In this document: one piece after another, positions 8,363-17,881 of the stretch
Position numbering within the stretch: the first letter of the stretch is position 1
Layout of the letters: every line of letters starts with the position of its first letter
Source of the DNA: an uncultured virus (IMG/VR IMGVR_UViG_3300029911_000018)
Lineage: Duplodnaviria; Heunggongvirae; Uroviricota; Caudoviricetes
Virus record (IMG/VR): IMGVR_UViG_3300029911_000018
DNA: 64,000 nucleotides
Strand: one strand, 5' to 3'
Translations under genes and position numbers: made by a program
Notes under the pieces: generated by a model
Told to the model about the DNA's origin: nothing
The model's database searches: none
The model's input: only the letters and a program-made list of their open reading frames with translations

Positions 8363-8698
8363 TTAATACCCTAAATCCTCACCTCTCCAAGCATACAAAT
8401 CATCAATAGCCAACTCATCCAGTCGGCCTATATTCTTGGCTCCGAAGTTTGGGGTTTGGGCATGACAGTTGGGACACAGAAAACGGATGTTATCCGGTTC
8501 ATTGTTCAGCCAGTCGCCATCAATGTGGTCGATTTGAAGAACAATCGGTCGGCCTATCCATTCAGGGTTTTTGTGTAAGGGACATCTAGGATCAGAGCAC
8601 CGATAGGGGACACCTGATTCCAACATAGCCCGTCGCAAGCGAGTCACATGCTCTCGATGTTTCTTGCGATTCCTAACTAGAATCTGGCTCCAGTGCAT
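8363..8698 (-). CDS. HNH endonuclease
   Basis: LQIDHIDGDWLNN...NIRFLCPNCHAQT. Confidence 0.85.
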   Translation of the reverse strand: MHWSQILVRNRKKHREHVTRLRRAMLESGVPYRCSDPRCPLHKNPEWIGRPIVLQIDHIDGDWLNNEPDNIRFLCPNCHAQTPNFGAKNIGRLDELAIDDLYAWRGEDLGY

Positions 8699-8710
8699 TC
8701 ATTGTAATAC

Positions 8711-8798
8711 TGGTACCCGACCCCGGACTCGAACCGGGAACCGCATTTCGCTTCTCGGGAGTTTAAGCCCCGCGCCTTTGCCATTTGACCAGTCGGGC
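8711..8798 (-). tRNA. tRNA-Leu(TAA)
   Basis: CGGGG-CTTAAAC-TCCCG, long variable arm, CCA. Confidence 0.9.
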
Positions 8799-8805
8799 AT
8801 AACTT

Positions 8806-8894
8806 TGGTCGGGAAGGTGGGACTTGAACCCACAACCGTTTCACACTTATCGAGTGTTTGAGACTCGCGCCTTTGCCAATTTGACCACATCCCG
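8806..8894 (-). tRNA. tRNA-Leu(CAA)
   Basis: CGAGT-CTCAAAC-ACTCG, long variable arm. Confidence 0.9.
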
Positions 8895-9010
8895 ATTTGA
8901 AACTATTGGAGACCAGTTACTCAATCGCCTTGGCGTGTATCTCGCCTACCACAGCTTTCGCCAGTCATACGGGGATCAGCGTACGTCCGTTTCACAGACT
9001 TATCCAAATT

Positions 9011-9097
9011 TGGTGCGCCCGAAGGGACTCGAACCCATACCCCCTTGCGGGGATTAGCACCTCAAGCTAACGCGGCTACCAATTACGCCACGGGCGC
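9011..9097 (-). tRNA. tRNA-Leu(GAG)
   Basis: TTAGC-TTGAGGT-GCTAA. Confidence 0.92.
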
Positions 9098-9158
9098 AAA
9101 CTTCTACTACAACAAAACTTGGTGCTTCACATTCTTACCACAAGTGCCTGTGCCAGAA

Positions 9159-9236
9159 TGGTAGCCGAGGTGGGATTCGAACCCACACTGTACGGATTTT
9201 GAGACCGTTGCCTCCTGCCAGTTGCGCTACTCGGCC
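9159..9236 (-). tRNA. tRNA-Leu(CAA), short variable loop
   Basis: ACGGT-CTCAAAA-TCCGT, CCA. Confidence 0.85.
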
Positions 9237-9251
9237 ATTACATCAAAACTT

Positions 9252-9335
9252 TGGTAGCCCCACTCGGACTCGAACCGAGACGCCTTTCGACATTAGTTCC
9301 TAAGACTAACGTGTCTGCCATTCCACCATGGGGCC
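9252..9335 (-). tRNA. tRNA-Leu(TAG)
   Basis: TTAGT-CTTAGGA-ACTAA. Confidence 0.92.
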
Positions 9336-9343
9336 GTTAAAAC

Positions 9344-9574
9344 CTATCGCTCCGTACGCTGCGTCTTCGGAAGGTCGAGACCCCAGCCACGCTGGATATT
9401 CTCGGAGTCCTGACGCATGTACACAGCCGCAACTTTCCATTCACCACTCTCGGGCTCATCCTTCAGGGTGATAACAGAGCCGCGCTTCACACCTCGGTTA
9501 GCGGGAACCCACGCCACCTTACAGTGAATACCGCGTTCTGACTCTTGCTGCAACATTGTTTGAACTAATTCCAT
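9344..9574 (-). CDS. hypothetical protein
   Basis: 76-aa ORF (MELVQ..) between tRNAs. Confidence 0.55.
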   Translation of the reverse strand: MELVQTMLQQESERGIHCKVAWVPANRGVKRGSVITLKDEPESGEWKVAAVYMRQDSENIQRGWGLDLPKTQRTER

Positions 9575-9591
9575 TTCTTTCTCTTTCTTTA

Positions 9592-9679
9592 TGGTGCCCG
9601 GAGAGGGATTCGAACCCCCACGAGAATTAACCCACTGGCTTCTAAGACCAGCGCGTCTCGCCAATTTCGCCATCCGGGC
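9592..9679 (-). tRNA. tRNA-Leu(TAG)
   Basis: CTGGT-CTTAGAA-GCCAG. Confidence 0.92.
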
Positions 9680-9684
9680 ACATC

Positions 9685-10323
9685 TTAAATTCGACCCCTT
9701 CTCCATCCAATCAAAACGTAAGAGGTCAAATCGTTTTGCTTAATCTTGATGGCTCTTTCACCGTCCGTTACCCAACGAGTACCGAACTGTGAATTCTTAT
9801 CCCCCGCTCTATTCACCAATGCCATCTTTGCTTTGGTGTCCGCCCTGTGCTTCCGACCAGTCCAAGTGCGTTTACTCGCCGCTGAAATCTTAGCTGACAC
9901 ATCCGGTTCAACACCATGTTCCCTAATCTGGTTGGCCCGAGCCTCACTCATCATCTTGTAATGCTGTGGGTCTCGATGACTCTGAGAACTGTGTGACACT
10001 CTGGCGGCATTGGCGTAGTCGGCCAACCCTTCTCGATTGATATAGTCAAACCCACCAGAGCCCCCTTTTCTCAAATTCATACAGAGAGGGTTACCCCGCC
10101 AACATTGAATCAACTCATCCTCTTTGCCAAATGCTGATTCAACATCGAGGTAGATGAACAGGACTTCCTTATGGAAGTTTTGTTCCCCATATTTTGCAAC
10201 GGCTCGTTTGATGTATGTACCGGAACCGAGGTACGCATCATCAGGGTCTTTCGTTTTGTGAACCCCGAAGTAGAACTTGCCGTTGAGCAGGTTGACGGTT
10301 TTGTAAACCGTGTAGTATGTCAT
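9685..10323 (-). CDS. GIY-YIG (Seg-like) homing endonuclease with NUMOD3
   Basis: VYKTVNLLNGKFYFGVH..YLGSG..KYGEQNF.KE..MNL..GG.GG. Confidence 0.9.
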   Translation of the reverse strand: MTYYTVYKTVNLLNGKFYFGVHKTKDPDDAYLGSGTYIKRAVAKYGEQNFHKEVLFIYLDVESAFGKEDELIQCWRGNPLCMNLRKGGSGGFDYINREGLADYANAARVSHSSQSHRDPQHYKMMSEARANQIREHGVEPDVSAKISAASKRTWTGRKHRADTKAKMALVNRAGDKNSQFGTRWVTDGERAIKIKQNDLTSYVLIGWRRGRI

Positions 10324-10368
10324 GAACCTATCAGTGCCCTCTACATAAGATACTGATAATCACGAATG

Positions 10369-10453
10369 TGCATGGAGTAGGATTTGAACCTACGTAGCCC
10401 CAAGGGGCGGGTGTTTTACAGACACCTAGTTTTAACCACTCACTCATCCATGC
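10369..10453 (-). tRNA. tRNA-Tyr(GTA), no encoded CCA
   Basis: GGTGT-CTGTAAA-ACACC, long variable arm. Confidence 0.9.
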
Positions 10454-10460
10454 AAACTTT

Positions 10461-10553
10461 TGGTGCGTCCGACAGGATTTGAACCTGTTGTGTTTACCGC
10501 TTGGGTGCCGAGTTTACAGCCCGGTGCCACTCCCCCGTCGTGACCGCGAACGC
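10461..10553 (-). tRNA. tRNA-Tyr(GTA), unusual D arm
   Basis: CCGGG-CTGTAAA-CTCGG, CCA. Confidence 0.82.
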
Positions 10554-10554
10554 A

Positions 10555-10716
10555 TTACTGCTTCGGAACATGTTGAAGATGAAGTGTACGCACAGCCTCA
10601 AGGTTACGCTGTGCTGCTTCTCTCGTAGTTCCCGAGGTCACCAGACCCCAAGTTCTATCTTCAGCCACCCAACGCTTTGTTTCCGCGTCGAGCCAAAATT
10701 GTTCCGTTTCAAACAT
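10555..10716 (-). CDS. orphan HicB-like antitoxin domain (53 aa)
   Basis: MFETEQFWLDAETKRWVAEDRTWGLVTSGTTREAAQRNLEAVRTLHL; GGAG RBS. Confidence 0.6.
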   Translation of the reverse strand: MFETEQFWLDAETKRWVAEDRTWGLVTSGTTREAAQRNLEAVRTLHLQHVPKQ

Positions 10717-10724
10717 CTTTCTCC

Positions 10725-10754
10725 AAAAACAAAAGCCGCCCCAATCGGGGCGGC
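10725..10754 (-). terminator. attenuator terminator
   Basis: GCCGCCCC-GATT-GGGGCGGC-TTTTGTTTTT. Confidence 0.9.
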
Positions 10755-10780
10755 TTCGTGATTCATCTGAACTTTGGGGT

Positions 10781-10873
10781 TTAGATTGAGCCCCCTTCAG
10801 ACGACACGAAGCCGTTGCTAAGCAGGTAATACAAGCTTAGGCTAAGGTTCGAGTTGACTGATAAGCGGTTCAT
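10781..10873 (-). promoter_or_regulatory. Leu/Tyr leader peptide with antiterminator
   Basis: MNRLSVNSNLSLSLYYLLSNGFVSSEGGSI; 10790-10814 is complementary to 10751-10779. Confidence 0.85.
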
Positions 10874-11012
10874 ATTCTTCCTCTCGGGCAGTGCCCGTTT
10901 CACATCTGTATACATAATACCGCGAAAGTTGAGGTTTTCAACACTGTTTTTGAATTTATTTTCATAGCTTATGGATTTTTCACTTTCCACCTCCTCTGTA
11001 GGAGGGTTTGAC

Positions 11013-11756
11013 ATGCCAAATCCAAATGTGAAACTCGGTCGCAAAGCCGTTAAGACCGACTCAAGAACTTTGAAGCTTTCCCCTTATATGAAGATGTTAC
11101 CCCCGCCCCCGGCCTCTGTGGACTGGACGAAGGGGAACACCTCGTGGGGGATGATGCTGAATGACACCCTTGGTTGCTGCACCATTGCCGGAGCCGCGCA
11201 CGCTATTCAAGTGTGGAGCACTGAAACCGGCAGTGAAGTTACCGTACCTGATTCTACTGTACTTCAATATTATGAGCAGTGGGATGGGTATGTAAACGGC
11301 AACCCGTCAACCGACAACGGGGGTGTCGAACTCGATGTTCTCAATAAATGGAAGTCACAGGGGCTCCTCGGTCACAAGTTAGTGGCCTTTGCTGATCCAC
11401 AGGTTCGCAACCACACAGAGATTATGCAAGCAATCAACCTCTTCGGTGGTGTTTACATCGGGATGCAAGTTCCCAACTACATCATCAACAACATCCCGGC
11501 TCTGTGGCAGATTGCGACCGCAGGACAGGACACTGGCATTGATGGTGGGCACTGTGTGTTTGTCTGTGGTTATGATGCAGTGGGGGTATCCTTCATCTCG
11601 TGGGGACAGGTCTACAAGATGACATGGGCCTACTGGGATGTGTATGTGGATGAGGCACACGCCCTACTCTCGCAGGACTGGATAAACTCCAAGGGAGTTG
11701 ATGTCCAAGGCTTCGACCTTGCACAACTGCAAACTGACTTATCTCAAATCAGCTAA
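11013..11756 (+). CDS. papain-like (C1) cysteine peptidase
   Basis: PASVDW..LGCCTIA..GGHCVFVCGYD..SWG; AGGAGG RBS. Confidence 0.85.
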   Translation: MPNPNVKLGRKAVKTDSRTLKLSPYMKMLPPPPASVDWTKGNTSWGMMLNDTLGCCTIAGAAHAIQVWSTETGSEVTVPDSTVLQYYEQWDGYVNGNPSTDNGGVELDVLNKWKSQGLLGHKLVAFADPQVRNHTEIMQAINLFGGVYIGMQVPNYIINNIPALWQIATAGQDTGIDGGHCVFVCGYDAVGVSFISWGQVYKMTWAYWDVYVDEAHALLSQDWINSKGVDVQGFDLAQLQTDLSQIS

Positions 11757-11757
11757 C

Positions 11758-11785
11758 AAAAAGCCACCCAGTTGGGTGGCTTTTC
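11758..11785. terminator. bidirectional terminator
   Basis: AAAAAGCCACCCA-GT-TGGGTGGCTTTT between convergent genes. Confidence 0.8.
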
Positions 11786-12104
11786 TCTTGCTCTCAAGAG
11801 TAGGGGTTGTGGTGATGCTTGTGGTGGTGCTTGTGATACCATTCGCTGGCATGAATACGACGCCAGAAATCCTCACAGATTTCCGCTGCGTGTTCAGGAT
11901 AAGCTTGAACGAATCGTGCCCATGCACGCTCTCTGGCTTCGACACCTTCAGCATCACAAATCCAACCGTAAGCGATGGTCTCCCAATACTGGACATCGTC
12001 TACACCGCTTGGGGTCGCTGGCTGCTTTGAAGCTACCGGCTTTTTCTTTTTACCAAAAATACCCATATGATTATCCATCCTCATATAAGAACTGAGTAAT
12101 CGTT

Positions 12105-12431
12105 TTAGTGACCGTACCAAATCTTGGTCAGATAGATACCCATAATGGAACCTAAAGCACCCCCGATGGTGTACCCAATACCGCCCCACAAGCCGCGAGA
12201 ATCATCCTTAATAGCCAACCGGGATATTACCATTGCCATCATGAATGCCTGAGCCCCATACACAGAGTCCACAATAACCGTCCAGACGTAGTTACCCTGT
12301 GCTGTAGCCCGGATGCTGGCTACGAAGAGGAAATACGAGGAGAACTGAGTAATGGCAAAAAATAGGCACTGCCCCAAGGGTGTCTTGGGAGCATGAAGGT
12401 TACTCAACCACCTGTTGATGCGGTTCCACAC
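12105..12431 (-). CDS. small membrane protein
   Basis: Several hydrophobic segments. Confidence 0.6.
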   Translation of the reverse strand: MWNRINRWLSNLHAPKTPLGQCLFFAITQFSSYFLFVASIRATAQGNYVWTVIVDSVYGAQAFMMAMVISRLAIKDDSRGLWGGIGYTIGGALGSIMGIYLTKIWYGH

Positions 12432-12452
12432 TATTTACGTGTCTCCTCAACT

Positions 12453-12863
12453 TTAAGCATACCTCACCCTCTCTACCCCGGCTCTGCGGCGTCTATAACT
12501 CCAATCAACGGTTACGTGGTAACTGGCGTAAAACCAATCCATCTTCTCCGCACCACCACATTCCGATGCTCCTGATTCAAACCCCAACGCTTCGTACTCT
12601 TGCAACAAACCCTCCAAGTCAGGTTGAATGAATTGCCGCCATACATCTACCTCTTGGTTAGTTCTATATTTGGGGGAATGAATTTGGACTGCGGCCTGAT
12701 AATCCCCTTTACCAACCGCCTCAAGCTGCGCCATGGTCATATAATCCCTAAACTCTTGAGTCCAAGGTTCACCCATCACTATGACCCATTTACTTAGTAG
12801 TTTTTCGTTCTTCAATTCATAGGCTTCATCAGACCACTTACGAGCAGTTTGAACCGAAATCAT
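12453..12863 (-). CDS. hypothetical protein
   Basis: ATGA-coupled ORF. Confidence 0.6.
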   Translation of the reverse strand: MISVQTARKWSDEAYELKNEKLLSKWVIVMGEPWTQEFRDYMTMAQLEAVGKGDYQAAVQIHSPKYRTNQEVDVWRQFIQPDLEGLLQEYEALGFESGASECGGAEKMDWFYASYHVTVDWSYRRRRAGVERVRYA

Positions 12864-13819
12864 CCGCGTACTCCCTCAGTCAGTTCCAACATTGAATACT
12901 GCGCCTTCAGCTTTTCAAACGCCTTCTTAAGGTGTGTGCCATATTGGTCGGTAACAATAAGCACTGAATTCATACGGGGGATCATGATACACATCTCCGA
13001 GGTGATGTCGTGGGCAGCGAAGACCTCATCCATAATCTTTCGGGCGAACAGAACCTCTTGTAGAATTTCACCGCCAGATTTCGAGAAGAATGGGTATGGA
13101 ATCCCTTCGGCCATAAATCCAGTTGTGGCGAAGCTACCACCGGGAGAGCCGAAAGTGGCCTTTGCCATGGTCGGACCTGAGTCTGGAGCCCAGTGGATAT
13201 AGAAGGGTTTAAGGTTTGGTAGCGTTTTGAGGTACTTGTCACCGCCGACGCCGAGCATGGATATGTTACGACTGTCGGAGAAGGCTGGTGTGGTACCAAT
13301 GGGAGAGAGGCGGTAGCTTACCTGAGGAGTGAACTGTGCGAGAATCTTCAACGACTTGAGCGTACTCAACACATTATTGTGTTGCTTCTCCTCATCGGTC
13401 GATGCATTCTTCACCATTTTTGCCTTAGGCTCAAAAGGATTGAGCTTAGCGTCCTTCGGCCATGTAGCCTTCAACTTGTCCACCTCCGCTTGAGCATCCG
13501 ATGTCAGATAAGCCATGCCGGTATATGACTGAAGGTTTAACAGCACCTGAGTGAAGAGAGCGTAATCAAGTTGATTGTAGAGACAACGAAGGACAGCCAG
13601 CTTGTCATAGCCGGTTGGCTCTGACTTAATTTCTGGACCTGAGGCAATCCAACAATCACGAAACATCTTGTTAAGAAGCGTGCTGCCGTGGTCGGTGCGG
13701 CTGAATTCAAGATGCTCAAAAGTCTTCTTGAATTCAGCTTGCATGGCTTCTTCAGACAAAAATACTTCATGGATTCGAGCGGCGAATGTGTCAGCGACAC
13801 GTTGGTAAATCTCTTGCAT
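12860..13819 (-). CDS. hypothetical protein
   Basis: 319-aa ORF with GGAG RBS. Confidence 0.75.
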   Translation of the reverse strand: MQEIYQRVADTFAARIHEVFLSEEAMQAEFKKTFEHLEFSRTDHGSTLLNKMFRDCWIASGPEIKSEPTGYDKLAVLRCLYNQLDYALFTQVLLNLQSYTGMAYLTSDAQAEVDKLKATWPKDAKLNPFEPKAKMVKNASTDEEKQHNNVLSTLKSLKILAQFTPQVSYRLSPIGTTPAFSDSRNISMLGVGGDKYLKTLPNLKPFYIHWAPDSGPTMAKATFGSPGGSFATTGFMAEGIPYPFFSKSGGEILQEVLFARKIMDEVFAAHDITSEMCIMIPRMNSVLIVTDQYGTHLKKAFEKLKAQYSMLELTEGVRG

Positions 13820-14061
13820 AATTTAACTCCCTAATTTTCTTTTCAGGTAAGCTATGCGCTTCTCCCTACGTTCTTGCTTACCCATAAGCTCCGAGTAATC
13901 GGGACATCCACAGGAAGGGCAACAGACACCACCGTCTGCCCAAAACTCAACCCCCATGCGGTCGAGATAGCGTTCTGTACGTTCCACACTTCGCACAAGG
14001 TTGTTCAACTCAACCCGTAACGGGCTCAGTTTCTCTCTGCGGAACAAACGTGAGAACCAAC

Positions 14062-14823
14062 TCATCCCCCAACTTCCGGCTCTTCTTCATACTCTTCGTA
14101 TAACCGGCAGATTTCCTGCACAAGTGGGTGACGAACAATATCCTCATCCTCTAAATCCTGAAAATGGATATTGTCGGTTTTGTCTCTTAGAACGTCCTCA
14201 GCATGAAGCAACCCCGACTTACTTTTCACAGGTAGATCAATCTGCGTCACGTCGCCAGTGATGACAACCTTAGAGCCCTCCCCCATACGAGTGAGCAACA
14301 TCTTCATCTGGTCTTGTGTGGTGTTCTGCGCTTCATCGAGAATGACAAACGCATGGTTCAATGTACGGCCTCGCATGAAGGCCAAGGCAGCTACTTCAAT
14401 GCGGCCTTCATCAAGATACTGGTCAACCTGTTGTGGGGGCATCATAGCGTACAGAGCGTCATAAAGAGGACGAAGGTATGGATCAACCTTCTCTTGCATA
14501 GAGCCGGGGAGGAACCCAATCTTCTCACCAGCTTCAACCGCAGGACGGACGAGAATGAGACGGTTGTCCTTCTTTGCCAACCATTGAACAGCCTTGGCGA
14601 CCGCCAGCCATGTCTTGCCTGTACCGGCTGGGCCGATAGCAAATACCATGTCCTTGGAATCAATCGCGTCAAGGTATGCCTTCTGATTAACTGTCTTGGG
14701 AGACACCTTCATAACACCTAACCTAGCAGAGGGGTGGTGAGGCGACTTAGGTGCCCCCTCTTCCTCTTCCCATGCTGCTGGTTTCTTTCTCGCCGCGACC
14801 TTCTTCTTATATGAGTTGCCCAC
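14062..14823 (-). CDS. phoH: PhoH family ATPase
   Basis: [51 protein letters not shown]. Confidence 0.97.
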   Translation of the reverse strand: MGNSYKKKVAARKKPAAWEEEEGAPKSPHHPSARLGVMKVSPKTVNQKAYLDAIDSKDMVFAIGPAGTGKTWLAVAKAVQWLAKKDNRLILVRPAVEAGEKIGFLPGSMQEKVDPYLRPLYDALYAMMPPQQVDQYLDEGRIEVAALAFMRGRTLNHAFVILDEAQNTTQDQMKMLLTRMGEGSKVVITGDVTQIDLPVKSKSGLLHAEDVLRDKTDNIHFQDLEDEDIVRHPLVQEICRLYEEYEEEPEVGG

Positions 14824-15042
14824 TAAGGTACGCTCCTCTTTCCTTTAGTTGCGTGGATATACTACCCTCCAGTTCAGAGAAAGGAATGACGATGACCGTA
14901 TCAGGGTCTTGACGAGTTATCTCTGCACGGAACTTGATAATCTCATCCTTGGAATGAGGGTCATCTGCGTTTGGAACAAACACCATCTTGAAATCGCCCC
15001 TGAGATTGTCGGGCGATGGGTCACCGGGTAAACGCATTGTCA

Positions 15043-16029
15043 TTAGTTATACCTTCCTTTTCTATATCCTTGACATTTAATACAAAGTTTTTGCCCCCTA
15101 ATGGCATCTCTTTTTACACAATTAAAGCAGGGGCTTCGACCCACCTGTACAGCTTCTTCTAATCGTTGTTTCTTGCGAAGCTTACTTTTCTGTTTGTGAA
15201 TCCTGACTCGACAACTCAGACAGTACACAGCGTGTTCACGACCTTCAATTACCTCATTGCATTCATCACAACGATGCTCGTACCGCTGAATGCTATCGGC
15301 GAGGGTTTTCTTCCTATCTAAGAATAAAGAGGCACCATTATACAACCGCCTTGCGAGTAATGCTGCATTGTAAGAGTAGTACACCAATGTGCTTATTTTA
15401 TACTGTGTTCCGATTGTGCCTTCAATCCCACAAAATTCCTTGAAGGAGTTAATCACATCTCTTGTGCCTACCAGCCCCAAGTGAGGGCAGTTGTTCCCTT
15501 TGTTGTACCCTAAGTAACCGTCACCATCTACCACGCCTCGCCAAAAATCACGGTTGTGTCGTAATTCTGGGGCGACGGTTGCGGTGAGGCTCTTGCGTTC
15601 GGTGATACCATAAAATTTGAGAGCATTGACAATGTGCTCACTGGTCACCTCTAATCGTGCAGCAGCCCCGAGATGACTAGGAGCTACTTTGGTGTCTGTC
15701 TGGATGAATTGACGAAATTTCTCAACGTGTGCCCAATCCTCAACACCAAGCTCCAACACCACCTTCGGGTACTTCCCCCGCAGGTAGTGTATACACCCAT
15801 CTGCAAGTAAAAACCCCATCCAATAGGCTGACTCAGGAGTTATCTGGTCAAATGCGCCTTCATTGTGAATCGGTATCCTAAAATCCGACTTAGCCGCAAC
15901 TCCACTCCTTGCCAGAACATTACATACAGTCTGGGCACAAACGGCGAACTGCGCCCCGACTGACTTACAGGTGCCCCCTGATAAGTAGGCTTCAACTATT
16001 TCATCGTCATTTCGTTTTAAGGATTTCAT
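15043..16029 (-). CDS. free-standing LAGLIDADG homing endonuclease
   Basis: AYWMGFLLADGCI and FWRGVVDGDG. Confidence 0.9.
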   Translation of the reverse strand: MKSLKRNDDEIVEAYLSGGTCKSVGAQFAVCAQTVCNVLARSGVAAKSDFRIPIHNEGAFDQITPESAYWMGFLLADGCIHYLRGKYPKVVLELGVEDWAHVEKFRQFIQTDTKVAPSHLGAAARLEVTSEHIVNALKFYGITERKSLTATVAPELRHNRDFWRGVVDGDGYLGYNKGNNCPHLGLVGTRDVINSFKEFCGIEGTIGTQYKISTLVYYSYNAALLARRLYNGASLFLDRKKTLADSIQRYEHRCDECNEVIEGREHAVYCLSCRVRIHKQKSKLRKKQRLEEAVQVGRSPCFNCVKRDAIRGQKLCIKCQGYRKGRYN

Positions 16030-16417
16030 CTATAGACCTCAGTAACGAGGTCCATAGTTCTTTTTCTTGATAGCTATCCAAGGATTTCCATCGCTTTTCA
16101 ACAAGAACAGTGACAGCCACGATTAGCTTGAACAAGGAACCGTCATCTTTTCCCTCTAGTTGTGCTTGTTTGGCGTAGTTAATGGCGTCAAGCATTTCCT
16201 GCCCGAGGTCAGTAAAAACATCACGACCGTTGAACGCCCTCAAGCGAGAGCCGTACTTTTTCTCCCCCATACGAATTCGCGCTTCAATATCGTCAGCAAG
16301 GGAATCAAGCTGCATTGAGCGCAGGGCGAGGGCGGCTTCAACAGCGATATCTACGCCATTTCCAGTGGGGTTGGGTTGTATCTTAGTGGCTAAGTCAACA
16401 GTAGGGTCTAGGGGCAT
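16007..16417 (-). CDS. conserved phage protein (G.KKYG..E.LDA..Y motif)
   Basis: R..MGEKKYG..QEMLDAINY. Confidence 0.6.
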   Translation of the reverse strand: MPLDPTVDLATKIQPNPTGNGVDIAVEAALALRSMQLDSLADDIEARIRMGEKKYGSRLRAFNGRDVFTDLGQEMLDAINYAKQAQLEGKDDGSLFKLIVAVTVLVEKRWKSLDSYQEKELWTSLLRSIDEILKTK

Positions 16418-16682
16418 GTACTCCTCCAGCCCTCTAATACCGTAGATTAGGCGTTCTTATACCACTCAGGGTCAACCTTTTCAAGTGCCTTACCTAATTT
16501 ACTGGGGTAGACAACTGCCGACTCCTCTTCGTTACCATCCTCGGCTGTACCAAAGTAGATAACATCGTGGTCGAAAGTTAGCTGGGCAACTTCCTTGTAG
16601 AACGTCTCCAGTTTTTGAAGACGTTCACGAAGGTGGTAATCCGCTGTTGGGTTTGAATCGTCACTCAAGCGAATGAAAGACA

Positions 16683-17405
16683 TTACTCTACTCTCCCGGA
16701 GTCCTTCAAAGACTCTTTATACTCTAAGTACGCTGGCATCTTGAGAGCCATCTTAGCCTTGATTTCTTCGATGCTCACTGGGTAGAAATCCCAACAGTCC
16801 ACACCCACGTCGAACGACAGGGAGTGTGGAATCTCAGGAAGCATTCCGTGACTGTGCCCATACAAATGCCATGAAGCATGGAATGAATTTCTCCACACTC
16901 GCATCGCGTAATGACAGAGAGCGATAAGCTGCTTGTCACCGTCGAAGTAGGGGGCTCCGAGATTGATTTCTTCAAGTGAACGGTACCACACATACAGCCG
17001 TTCCTGCACCAACCGCTGAGCGCACCAGTCCGGGTCGATTGCGAAGTGGTTAGGAGCATACGCCCCATCCTGCTTCGCTACCCTCTCCAGAATTTCATCA
17101 TGATTTCCCTTGATGGCGAAAGTCTGGCCGTTCATACGACGACGGTAACCTATTGCCTTTTCGACGGTGGTCTTGAGGAAGATATCCCCAAGGTCGTACA
17201 CAAGGTCACCCTTCCGCACACGCTCGTTGTGGCGGGAGATAATCGTCTCGGTCATCTCCTCAGTGGAGGAGAACTGAGGACGAGGCACCTTAGCGCCGGG
17301 AAGCAATATCCCATCGGCGTCAACCATCCCCTTAATCATGAAAGGGTGGTCAAGGTGGTCGTCTGACCGGAAGAAAATGTTTGGGTATCCCTTTAGTACG
17401 TTCAT
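16683..17405 (-). CDS. calcineurin-like metallophosphoesterase
   Basis: SDDH, DLGD, GNHD, CHY, GHSH, DVGVD. Confidence 0.85.
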   Translation of the reverse strand: MNVLKGYPNIFFRSDDHLDHPFMIKGMVDADGILLPGAKVPRPQFSSTEEMTETIISRHNERVRKGDLVYDLGDIFLKTTVEKAIGYRRRMNGQTFAIKGNHDEILERVAKQDGAYAPNHFAIDPDWCAQRLVQERLYVWYRSLEEINLGAPYFDGDKQLIALCHYAMRVWRNSFHASWHLYGHSHGMLPEIPHSLSFDVGVDCWDFYPVSIEEIKAKMALKMPAYLEYKESLKDSGRVE

Positions 17406-17881
17406 TCTTCTATAGTACAGGAAAGCTGGGTCAAGAACAAGATTTAAGGTTTTTGGGGTCGGTAAACCGACCATCCGCATATGGTGCTTTCCACCCACAG
17501 TAGGAGCACACCTTACCCGTGTTCCAGTGTTGTTGACCATACCCGCTGTCCCACTCCCACCGATAGTCGCTGGTCTCTGAGTGGTCACAACCATTCTTGA
17601 TTATCTCAGCAATAAGAGCGGTGGTTTCAGCGTGATACTTATTGGATAACCTACTCCATGCTGCTCTCTTTCGAGCTAATAGGCTCTTTGCTTGTTTTAC
17701 AGTTCGCATGTATTGTCCCCCTCCACTATGCCGCTGGCAACTTCCTCGTACTGACAACCATCGCATTGGATGATGTCAGGCTTATTATTGAACATGCAGC
17801 GATACTTGCTACCGCACTTAGGACAGGGCTCACAGCCATACATGTTCGCCGTCTTTGAATCGTAGTCAACAACACTACTAT

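Noticed and set aside
8699..8890. ORFs overlapping tRNA genes (also 39469-39686 and the N-terminal extensions of 9344-9706, 43268-43555, 44311-44814)
   Set aside because: Chance readings through tRNA genes
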